This document shows positions 11,903 through 22,534 of a stretch of 42,156 nucleotides of DNA, in pieces. The DNA comes from Batkoa obscura (Eukaryota), in assembly GCA_030770535.1 (NCBI GenBank), contig JASVEC010000145.1, positions 1 to 42,156 on the forward strand, read 5' to 3'. The notes under the pieces were generated by a model. The model was not told the DNA's origin. It did no database searches and worked only from the letters and a program-made list of their open reading frames with translations. The position numbers and the translations under genes are program-made. Numbering within the stretch: position 1 is the stretch's first letter; every line of letters starts with the position of its first letter.

Positions 11903-12827
11903 GGGGTTGTCTGGGTTAGTTTCATTTTTTTATCCAATTTTAAAAAAAAAAAAAAATCATTATATTATAGCTTATGTTCTAAGTTAGCTGAATTTCTACT
12001 AGATCTTAAATACGTATTCTTATAAAACTTTATTGAGAAACGTTTATTATCGACTGCCTTATAACCAACATTGCAAATTTATTATCAAATAAATAAACTA
12101 TTTTAATGTTATAATTGCATTATTAATATATTGCCAAGTTAACAAATAGCTGCATGGAAGGGAGTGGTTAGCCTCAAAGCTATGATTAACTATCTTCATA
12201 TAATACAAGCAATGTAATAATATTTTTTACATATTATTACAGTTACTTGTTCTTTGACTATTTATTAACTTAGCTATTAATAGCTTAAGTAATCTTAGCA
12301 TTTAATAATATATTTATATCATTCAACAAACCACTTAGTAAATATCGATAATTTTAAATTCTCTGTTATTTTCGTAAGGTAAGCGCTGGGATTGGTCTTT
12401 TAATTTTTCTACTTTTCTACAGACTCTATAACTTCAATTAGAACTATATCGCTTTTTTTGATGTATCAGATACTGGATAACAATGTAGTTTATTGTTATG
12501 TTTAATAAAGTGTAAATACTTCTTAATGCCCTGCATTTTTATTACTCTTTTTGTATTTCTGTTTCTTTTATACTTTTTAAAAATTATATCTGTTTTCCCA
12601 TTATTAATAGTCGAGTTATTAATTTTATTATGCTCGCAAATAAAAGCCTCAAATCTTGAAATTAATTGATCGATATCTTCTATTTTACCTAACGCTTCAA
12701 AACTACTTTTCCATTTTGAAAGGTTTCCAAAATGTCCATCAACTATACTTTTTCCATGATGCTCCAGCAAAAAAATTAAGATTAACATTCAAACTACTAT
12801 TTATTTTATGAATTTCTTTAAACATAT

Positions 12828-13028
12828 GGGAGTGTTTTTTTTGACTTCATTATTTCTTCCATTTTTTAAGCACTATTTAAGCGGAAAATTTGTTAGCAAA
12901 ATTCTTAAATACAAAAATACATCCCCATATGGGAGTGTTTTGTTTGACTTCATTATTTTTTCCATTTTTAAGCGCTATTTGAGCGGAAAAATTGTTAGTA
13001 AAATTCTTAAACACAAAAATACATCCCC
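12828..13028 (-). mobile_element. Tandem MITE dimer (12828-12926 and 12931-13028)
   Basis: ATAT-MITE-ATAT-MITE-ATAT at the LHY/MFKE codons of the transposase. Confidence 0.92.
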
Positions 13029-13356
13029 ATATAGTGTAGAAACTCTTGGGATCTAAAATGATTTCTTGTATCTGCCCATATATTGATTTTTGTAAACTTC
13101 TTAAATAAAAGCTCTGTGAGATCAAATCAATTAAACAATCTCCTCTATATACTGAATCATGATTTAATATTTTAGATAAATATACACTAAACCTTGATAC
13201 TGATATAGCTTGTTTATTATAATGATCTAGATTTATTGAATCTGGTCTTGTTCCTATTTCCACATTTTGTCTAAAACCTAAAATCATTATACAACTTTTA
13301 TTATTTAATTTTTAATAGTTCCATCAAATATGTTTTTTTGAGTATCAACACAGAAT

Positions 13357-13819
13357 TGTGAAATATCGCTTTGCCAGCCCCATGGTTAATTATAGCATAA
13401 TAATCGCCTAAGCTGTCGTGTTCTCGATTATAGAGACAATTAGTCCCATGCTCTTATTCTGATTTGTTAAGAGAATTTCTATCTTCGTCTCAAAGAATAC
13501 TATCCTCTCGTTTTGATATTTATACTTATCGGAGTATAAAAGAGATTCTAAAACATAATAGCTCGAGGCTTTTTAGCTGAATTATTCCCTGATATCTCGG
13601 ACATTTAATAAAGCCATTAAGTTTTCTTAATAGTATTTTACGTAGATTTACATTATTACTGTCTGTTATATTTGTCTTATATAGCTTGTAACCTATTACG
13701 TGCTATTCCTCATAATCCAAGTCTATCTTAGTCACATAAACTAAGATCTTTCGACTTATAGTGTAGTCAACCAGCCAATAGCTGTTCTTGACTCCAAACA
13801 GTGAGTACCAGATTTCACA
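13357..13819 (+). mobile_element. Solo LTR, 463 bp
   Basis: TGTGAAAT...ATTTCACA ends, 4-bp TSD GAAT, empty site ACACAGAATTTATG in copies C and D; TATAAAAG near 13535 and AATAAA near 13607 suggest + orientation. Confidence 0.8.
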
Positions 13820-14082
13820 GAATTTATGTAATTTGTATAATTTTTCTTCTTCATTGAAAACTTCTATTTCTGCTTTGTTTTTTATTGCTGTATTTATTTT
13901 ATTTTCAAATAACTTTTTTCTAACTGTATACTGGGCACATGTATTACATAAATCTGTTTTTCTTGCTGGATCTTTGAAATTACTTGGTATATATCTAAAG
14001 AGTGTTGGTCTACCCACTGCTTTATCTCTTAGATCATTAAAATACCTGCTATTTATTATTATTCTACTTTTGTTTAATATAT

Positions 14083-14180
14083 AGGGATGTTTTTTTGTGT
14101 TTAAGGATTTTACTAATAATTTTTGCGCTCAAATAATGCTTAAAAGATGGAAAAAGTAATAAAGCCAAAAAAGATCCCCC
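14083..14180 (+). mobile_element. MITE
   Basis: Consensus match; sits in the (AT)n tract of the copy B transposase; exact ends ambiguous by 1 nt. Confidence 0.85.
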
Positions 14181-14417
14181 ATACATTATTTGATGAACAT
14201 TTACTATCATTATTTTTTTGTTGAATCTTAATAAAATAGTTGAATCATTTAGTAAATATTATATAATAGTTTCAATTTGCTCATCTTTAATTTTTTTTGT
14301 ATTTTTAATAATAGGTTGTAACGTTGATGTTTTATTACTATTATTACTTATTTTTGAATAATCATATTGATTTTTATTTATATTAAATCAAAACCTTTAC
14401 ATCCATCAAAAGAATAT

Positions 14418-14516
14418 GGGGATGTATTTTTGTGTTCAAGAATTTTAATAACAAATTTTCCGCTCAAATAGCGCTTAAAAAATGGAAAAAATAATGAAGT
14501 CAAAAAAAACGTTCCC
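14418..14516 (+). mobile_element. MITE
   Basis: GGGGATGT...GTTCCC, TSD ATAT. Confidence 0.92.
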
Positions 14517-14641
14517 ATATATTGAAGCTATAGTTGATGGCGCTACTTGTTGATTTTTATTTCCTGTTTCTGTTAAAGCATTGATTTTACACATTGGTTG
14601 ATTAAGTTTGTTATTATCGATAGTAAACTTTGATAATATAT

Positions 14642-14740
14642 GGGGATATATTTTTGTATTTGAGAATTTTACTAACAAATTTTCCATTTAAATAGCGCTT
14701 AAAAGATGGAAAAAATAATGAAGCCAAAAAAAACATTCCC
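14642..14740 (+). mobile_element. MITE
   Basis: GGGGATAT...CATTCCC, TSD ATAT. Confidence 0.92.
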
Positions 14741-14803
14741 ATATCTTTTGTTAGTTTCCTTTTATTGTAAAATTCCATAAACCCTGAGTTATTGTAAATA
14801 ATT

Positions 14804-14899
14804 GAGAGCGTTTTTTTATTTCATTACTTTTTCCATTTTTAAGCGCTATTTGAGTGAAAGGATTGTTAATGAAATTCTTAAACACAAAAAAATATCCTC
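14804..14899 (-). mobile_element. MITE
   Basis: GAGAGCG...ATCCTC; flanks AATT/ATTA differ, consistent with an adjacent deletion. Confidence 0.82.
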
Positions 14900-15546
14900 A
14901 TTATAGCAAGTTTAAATAAAAAGGTCTAGTTTTGAGCTTTTTAAATAAAACACAAAAATATAAAAAAGCTAGATCTAACAAATTCAAATTATTATAATAA
15001 ATAAGTTGTATCAGTATCAAAGTTTAGTGTATATTTATCTAAAATATTAAATCATGATTCAGTATATAGAGGAGATTGTTTAATTGATTTGATCTCACAG
15101 AGCTTTTAGGAAGTTTATAAAAACTAGTTTGAATTTTAAAAAAATTATAGAACAACAATATTTTAAATATTAATCAATTAACTTAAAAACTTAAGATTTT
15201 TGTTCATGAGCATAATAAAATTATTAACTTAATTGTTACTATTAATAGTAAAAAAAGCAGATATAATTTCTAAGTATACTAAAACAAGATGGAAATCGAT
15301 CATGAATTGTTAATATTACTCAAGTTAATAATAGATAAGCTAACAAATAGTCAAAGACGAGAATTATAATAATATGCAAAAACTACTAATTATATTGGCT
15401 GTATTATATAAAAATTGTTATAGTTTTAACTAATTACTTTCCCTTTATCCAGCTATTATTAACTTGATAAAATATTAGTGATATAATTGAAATATTAAAA
15501 TAAGCCATTTATTATTTAATAAATCACAAAATTTTGATGTTAATTA

Positions 15547-15644
15547 GAGGATGTATTTTTGTGTTTAAGAATTTTACTAACAAATTTTCCACTCAAATAG
15601 TGCTTAAAAAACGGAAAAATAATGAAATCAAAAAAAACAGCCCC
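15547..15644 (+). mobile_element. MITE
   Basis: GAGGATGT...CAGCCCC, TSD ATTA; empty site present in the inverted twin near 16320. Confidence 0.93.
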
Positions 15645-15722
15645 ATTATAAAACAGTCAATGATAAACATTCCTCAATAAAGAATTTATGTTACAAAACC
15701 TTAAATAGAGTTTTTAAAATGT

Positions 15723-15822
15723 AGGAATATGTTTTTTTATTTAAGATTTCATTTGCTAACAATTTTTCTATTCAAAACACTCCTTAAAAAATGGAAAAAG
15801 GGATGAAACCAAAAACATTCCC
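15723..15822 (+). mobile_element. Degenerate MITE
   Basis: Diverged consensus match, TSD ATGT. Confidence 0.75.
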
Positions 15823-16160
15823 ATGTAAAATATTCAAAAATTAGATAAAATGAAATAATTCACGTTAATTTTTTAATGTATATATTTGCTTTGACTATTT
15901 GTTTGCTAATACTACATTTTTCAGTTTTTGGCTTATAACTTTTATCATTTATACTATTCTTTTTTTACAAAACAAACTTCAAACATTTCGAATATTTAAA
16001 AGACTAGAGAAGATAGGGCCATCTGAGTGATAATTTTTAATAATAATAAACTTTTAAACTGATAAACAATAGTTATAGATTAATAATTATACTTTTTATT
16101 AATAGTCAGTTTAATTTATTAATACTTTATTAATCAAAGTTATAATGTACAAATATAGAT

Positions 16161-16259
16161 GGAGATATATTTTTTCGTTTAAGAATTTTACTAACAAATT
16201 TTCCGCTTAAATAGCGCTTAAAAAATGGAAAAAATAATGAAGTCAAAAAAAACACTCCC
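16161..16259 (+). mobile_element. MITE
   Basis: GGAGATAT...CACTCCC; no matching TSD. Confidence 0.88.
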
Positions 16260-16279
16260 ACCCCCTTTCATATCTTTGT

Positions 16280-17180
16280 AAAACTTTATTGAGGAATGTT
16301 TATCATTGACTGTTTTATAATTAACATCAAAGTTTTGTGATTTATTAAATAATAAATGGCTTATTTTAATATTTCAATTATATCACTAATATTTTATCAA
16401 GTTAATAATAGCTGGATAAAGGGAAAGTAATTAGTTAAAACTATAACAATTTTTATATAATACAGCCAATATAATTAGTAGTTTTTGCATATTATTATAA
16501 TTCTCGTCTTTGACTATTTGTTAGCTTATCTATTATTAACTTGAGTAATATTAACAATTCATGATCGATTTCCATCTTGTTTTAGTATACTTAGAAATTA
16601 TATCTGCTTTTTTTACTATTAATAGTAACAATTAAGTTAATAATTTTATTATGCTCATGAACAAAAATCTTAAGTTTTTAAGTTAATTGATTAATATTTA
16701 AAATATTGTTGTTCTATAATTTTTTTAAAATTCAAACTAGTTTTTATAAACTTCCTAAAAGCTCTGTGAGATCAAATCAATTAAACAATCTCCTCTATAT
16801 ACTGAATCATGATTTAATATTTTAGATAAATATACACTAAACTTTGATACTGATACAACTTATTTATTATAATAATTTGAATTTGTTAGATCTAGTTTTT
16901 TTACGTTTTTATATTTTAAAATTTAAAATTATTACATAACTCCTATTATTTAATTTTTTGATGGTTTTACTAAATATACTTCTTAGGACTAATATAAAAT
17001 TTATATAGTTTATATAACATTTTTTTGTTGAAGATCTTTTATTTTCAACTTGTTTACAACTGTTACTAGACACATTATATTATATGGATCTACTTTTTTG
17101 CTATATTTTTAATAAATAGATCCCCATATATTAAATAATTTCATTTTTTATTAAATATCGTATAAAATAATTTCAATTTC
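16280..17180 (-). mobile_element. Diverged Sola2-like deletion derivative
   Basis: Reverse complement of 14970-15685 minus the MITE, then decayed CxxC-region homology near 17050-17110; boundaries approximate. Confidence 0.7.
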
Positions 17181-17187
17181 GGTTATT

Positions 17188-17283
17188 TATGTTTTTTTGG
17201 CTTCCTTTACTCTTTCCATTTTTTAAGCACTATTTGAGCGGAAAAATTGTTGACAAAATTCTTAAGCAAAAGAATACATCCTC
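17188..17283 (-). mobile_element. MITE (one end eroded)
   Basis: Consensus match ending ATACATCCTC then ATAT. Confidence 0.78.
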
Positions 17284-17296
17284 ATATCCTCCATAT

Positions 17297-17394
17297 GGGG
17301 ATGTATTTTTCTGTTTAAGAATTTTACCAGCAAATTTTCCATTCAAATAGTACTTAAAAATAGAAAAAGTAATAAAGTCAAAAAAAACACTCCC
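17297..17394 (+). mobile_element. MITE
   Basis: GGGGATGT...CACTCCC, TSD ATAT. Confidence 0.92.
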
Positions 17395-17602
17395 ATATAC
17401 TCTTTTTATTATATTAAAATTCAGTTTATAAAAGCTTGAATTTTATTTTTATTTTAACAAAAAGTGAAATAGCTATATATATTGTATTTTTATTAAGTAT
17501 TTAATAGAAATAGTATAAGCATATAGTTAAAAAAAACTAAAGTCCTTTTTGAATTGAACTTTTTATTTTTAATTTCAAGCTTTCTTAAATTTGATCAATC
17601 AT

Positions 17603-17697
17603 GTAGATGTATTTTTGTGTTTAACAATTTTATTAGCAATTTTTCCACTAAATACCGCTTAAAAAATGGAAAAGTAATAAAATTAAAAAACATCCCC
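17603..17697 (+). mobile_element. MITE
   Basis: Consensus match ending CATCCCC. Confidence 0.82.
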
Positions 17698-18301
17698 ATG
17701 TTAAAAACTTATTTTATACATACTAAGGTTAGCTTGTCCAAATATGTTTATTTTTTTGTATAATAAGCTTTATTTTATAATTTAGTTTTGGACATTTTAT
17801 TTATTTTCTCAAGTCCATTGGACTTTTACCATTAGGGGAATAATCTTTTTTGAGGTTTCACATAAACCTTCTACAGCATACCTATCCTATATGTTTTTCA
17901 TATTCGTCTGAGTTGTAACTTTTATTAGCATTGATATGCCTAAATAAATGGAGCTTGTGAACAGTTATGAAAAATTAGTTAAAATTATATTATAAATGTT
18001 TTAAGCTAGATAAAGTAAAGTCCCATGTATATAAAGAATCTTTATCAATATAAAAAAATATCAGAAAGTAGTGGTGCTATTTTAGTGCATGTAAAATTTT
18101 ATTAAAGGACCCCCCTGGAGTTAATTATGAATTGATTCCAAAATCAAATATGGGATCTCTTCTATTTTGAAATAAGCTAACTATTTAATGCAATTACAAC
18201 TTTAAAACATCCAATTTGTTTCAAAATGCAATTAAAATTTGAAATTGAGCTTAAATTTAAATAATTGTTTCTTTCAATTTGAAGTTCAATTTAAGATGTT
18301 T

Positions 18302-18398
18302 GGGAGTGTTTTTTTGACTTCATTATTTTTTCCATTTTTAAGCGCTATTTAAGCGGAAAAATTGTTAGTAAAATTCATAAACACAAAAATACATCCCC
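18302..18398 (-). mobile_element. MITE
   Basis: GGGAGTGT...ACATCCCC, flanks GTTT/ATTT. Confidence 0.9.
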
Positions 18399-20314
18399 AT
18401 TTATCAAATCTATATTTTATTAACTTAATACAACAACAGAGCATAATATCAAAAACCAATAAAGCGTTTTGAGCTAAAGGTTTTAAAATATAAGGTTATA
18501 GGAAATGAGCGTTTTTGTTTGAATGGATGTTAGCAGTTCAAACTAGGCTATATCAATACTAATAAAGCTCAAAAAATTGGTACAAAAAATAAACAAGAAA
18601 GTGTGATATTATATAGAGACTTATTTTATAATTATTATTTTAAATTACAAAAACTTTATAGCTCATTAACTCACTTTAGTCTAAACGTCATAGTGGAAAA
18701 AGCTGACAATATACTTGAATGATTTAAAAAGGTCAAAGGAATTTAAATTCAACTTGGTGAGGTGGTCTTTTTTAGATGGAGTGAATACGAATACTGACAT
18801 GATAAAAAAAGGGTAGGAAAAGATGAACCCGGGATCCCTTTGAATTTACTTTCAAAAATAATAAAGTTTATTTACTCTGAGTTTTATAAAATTAATTACT
18901 TTTATATTCAGTTGCAGATGTTACAAAAATGGAATCAAATAAAGGACAAAGTAATTTATTAATGATAAAGGAAAGATACTTGGTTTTTGTATTATCTTTA
19001 ATCTTAAGAGGGTTATTGAAAACTATAAAAAATTACCATTTTTGTATTTGGAATGATAGTTAAGCTATAAAAAGATCATTGGGGGTAGTATGACTATGTA
19101 GTAAACCATTTTCAAGAATCTGTTTATTAAAGTAGAGTGATTCGAAAAATGTGATAACTTGAAAAGTAAAACTAAACCTTAACAACTTTCCTAAAGTTGC
19201 TTTTGTTTTGAATGAATGTTTTGTACAACTCGCGCTAGAGATTGAGATTACTGGACTGATTACTTTAAAGTACCAAGGTTTTTTAGAAAGAAACACAGTA
19301 TGTGCCGTGTAAGTGCGTGAATATAGCCAGCCTCCATTCTGGCAGAAAAGTATATGATAAGTTCTTATAATATATACGTAAGGGAAAAGATGATTTTCAT
19401 ACTTTTTCAAAATAAACTAATATACATTAATCTTTTTAGAGAAAAAAAAAGACCATTTATGTTTATATAGTAATAATAAAAAATAGCTCTACAAAAAATT
19501 GTTTTTACTTGTCAGGTTTTATCAATACTTTTTCTAACTCAAATTAATTATCCCCGATAGCTTTGTTAATTGAAAATACTAATGGTGTTATCAAATAAAT
19601 GAAGTTTTCAAAACAGCTTATGAACTCCAAAAGTGAGTTTAGAATCCTATATTTGTTTAATTTAAACATAATATTTTTTGATTTATCCATGCATTTGATA
19701 ATAGGGGGTGCTATTCGATTCAAAGATCAATACTTCAAGTGAAAGAAAAGTGACCGAATTGGCTTCATTCTTTTATTCATTTTAAAGAGTTTTATACTCT
19801 TAAAACTTTGCTTTAGAATCTTATAAATTTTTATCAAAAACCAAAAGTATGTAAATACAATACGGGGTTGTCTGAATTAGTTTCATTGTTTTATCCAATT
19901 TTTGAAAAATTTTGTATTTTAAAAACTTCGCTTAAAATTCTATAAAATCACATCTTTTATTAAAACAAAAGTACCTAAACACAGTTCTAAATCATTCTAT
20001 TATAGCTCATACTGTAAGTTAGTTGAATTTCTACTAGATCTTAAATACATGTTCTTATAAAGCTTAATTGAGAAATATTTACTATCAACTGCTTTATAAC
20101 CAACATTGTAGATTTATTATCAAATAAATAAACTATTTTAATGTTATAATTACATTATTAATATATTGCCAAGTTAATAAATAGCTGCATGGGAGGGAGT
20201 GGTTAGCCCCAAATCTATAATTAACTATCCCTATATAGTACAAGTAATAATATTTTTTACATATTATTACAGTTACTTGTTCTTTGACTATTTATTAACT
20301 TAGCTATTAATAAC

Positions 20315-22122
20315 TTAAGTAATATTAACATTTAATAATCTGTTTCTATCATTCAACAAACTACTTACTCGCTTAGTAAATATCGAAATTTTTAAATTCT
20401 CTGTTATTTTCGTAAGGTAAGCGGGATCGATCTTTTAATTTTTCTGTTTTCTATAGACTCTATAACTTTAATTGGAACTATATCGCTTTTTTTTGATGTA
20501 TCAGATACTGGATAACAATGTAGTTTATTGTTATGTTTAATAAAATGTAAATACTTCTTAATGCCTTGTATCTCTATCATTCTTTTTGTATTTTTGTTTC
20601 TTTTATACTTTTTAAAAATTATATCTGTTTTCCTATTATTAACAGAGTCGAGTTATTAATTTTATTATGCTCGCGAATAAAAGCCTCAAATCTTGAAATT
20701 AATTGATTGATATCTTCTATTTTACCTAACGCTTCAAAACTACTTTTCCATTTTGAAAGGTTTCCAAAATGTTCATCAACTATACTTTTTCCATGATGCT
20801 CAGCAAAAAAATTAAGACCAATATTCAAACTACTCTTTATTTTATGAATTTCTTTAAACATATGGGAGTGTTTTGTTTGACTTCATTATTTTTTCCATTT
20901 TTAAGCGCTATTTGAGCGGAAAATTTGTTAGTAAAATTCTTAAACACAAAAATACATTCCCATATAGTGTAGAAACTCTTGGGATCTAAAATGATTTCCT
21001 GTATCTGCCCATATATTAATTTTTGTAAACTTTTTAAATAGAAGCTCTGTAGAGATCAAATTGATTAAACAATCTCCTGCATATGCTGAATCATGATTCA
21101 ATATTTCAGATAAATAATCAAAGTAAACTTTGCCTATTGTTTTATCATCTTTTAAATATAATACACCAAAATCTAATACTGATATAGCTTGTTTATTATA
21201 ATGATCTAGATTTATTAAATCTGGTCTTGTTCCTATTTCCATATTTTGTTTAAAATCTAAAACTATTATACAACTTTTGTTATTTAATTTTTTGATAGTT
21301 TCATTAAATGTGTTTTTTTGAGTGTCAACACAGAATTTATGTAATTTGTATAATTTTTCTTCTTCGTTGAGAATTTCTTGTATCTCTGCTTTGTTTTTTG
21401 CTGTATTTATTTTATTTTCAAATAACTTTTTTCTAACTGTATACTGGGTACATATATTACATAGATCCGTTTTTCTTGCTGGATTTTTGAAATTAGTTGG
21501 TATATATTTAAAGAACGTTGACCTAGCTACTGCTTTATCTCTTAGATCATTCAAATATTTACTATATATCATTCTTCTACTTTTATTTAATATATATATA
21601 TATTATCTGATGAATATTTACTATCGTTACTTTTTTTATTAAATCTTGATGAAATAGTTGAATCATTTAGTAAATATTGTATAATAGTTTCAATTTGGTC
21701 ATCTTTAATTTTTTTTGTATTTTTAATAATAGGTTTTAATGCTGATATTTTATTATTATCACTTATTTTTGAATAATCATATTGATTTTTATTTATATTA
21801 AACCCAAAACTCTTACATTCATCAAAAGAATATACTGAAGCTATAGTTGATAATAACGCTACTTGTTGGTTTTTATTTCCTGTTTCCCTCAAAGCACTAA
21901 TTTTATACATTGGTTGATTAAGTTTATTATTATGGATAGTAAACTTTGATAATATATCTTTTGTTTGTTTTGTTTTATTATAAAATTCCATAAACCTTAG
22001 GTTGTTATAAGTAGCTCTTAAAATTGATGTAAATGAATTACAATGTTTATATTGTGTACTCCTCCCTATTGTATTGAAGTTTTCAAAAATTCCATTTCGA
22101 AGTTTAGTTATGAAAGTTGCAT
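20315..22122 (-). pseudogene. DDD transposase pseudogene (Sola2-like; roughly 570 aa when reconstructed)
   Basis: ORF pieces 21587-21991, 20940-21572 and 20619-20861 join into STFFKYIP..RKTDLCNIC..LDFKQN..IWADTGNHFRS..FFAEHHGKSIVD(G/E)HFG; disrupted by frameshifts and a MITE; family assignment from recalled Sola2 motifs (DFxEN, D, HGKxxxD). Confidence 0.75.
20864..20961 (-). mobile_element. MITE inside copy C transposase
   Basis: TSD ATAT; removing it restores CTA CAC TAT ATG TTT AAA (LHYMFK) in frame. Confidence 0.95.
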
Positions 22123-22534
22123 TTTATTTTTATTTCAACAAAAAATAAAGTCAAATAAGTGTATTTATATAATTATATAATCATATAGTTATATATTATA
22201 TATCTGTTAAATATCTAACAGAACTAACATAAAATATATAGTTAGGAAAATTAGCTATTTAAGAAAAGGAAACAATTAAAATAAGTTTTAAATAGAGACA
22301 TTTAATTTTAGGCTTTTTAGATTTAACCGTTATATTGAACACAAACTTGGAATTTTAAATTTGGATTAATTTCTAAGTAGATTCTGAAACCAATTAGGAC
22401 AGCCCCCATACAGTTTTAACTATTTTACTATGATCTATATCAAATTTAATGGAAATTCCCAAATTAGCAAACTTTTACTAGTACGACCTAAATAGTCAAT
22501 ACTAATCAAAGTTACAGTATATAAACATACTTAT

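Larger units (their letters stand above)
11903..14945 (-). mobile_element. Sola2-like copy B, nested in copy A in opposite orientation; pseudogenised; carries 6 MITEs and a solo LTR; left end eroded
   Basis: Right end GGGGTTGTCTGGGTTAGTTTCA after ATAT at 11899-11902; ORF fragments 12444-12788 (EHHGKSIVDGHFG), 12877-13287 and 13703-14017 (RKTDLCNTC); far boundary approximate. Confidence 0.85.
14950..15864 (+). mobile_element. Internally deleted, diverged Sola2-like derivative (3' half to eroded right end)
   Basis: Contains ILNHDSVYRGDCLIDLISQ-coding DNA and right-end-like AAAATATTCAAAAATTAGATAAAATGAAA; inverted twin at ~16280-16900; boundaries approximate. Confidence 0.7.
19864..22407 (-). 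mobile_element. Full-length Sola2-like DNA transposon copy C (2544 bp including one MITE)
   Basis: Imperfect ~23-bp TIRs GGGGTTGTCTGAATTAGTTTCA / TGAAACCAATTAGGACAGCCCCC; 4-bp TSD ATAC at 19860-19863 and 22408-22411; internal transposase. Confidence 0.9.

Noticed and set aside
12808..13056. ORF with an internal repeat (also 14475-14687 and 17554-17763)
   Set aside because: Chance translation through MITE copies.
19862..19863. TA target duplication implying Tc1/mariner
   Set aside because: Filled/empty comparisons (20864, 15547) and the ATAC flanks of copy C show 4-bp TSDs with G-starting termini.
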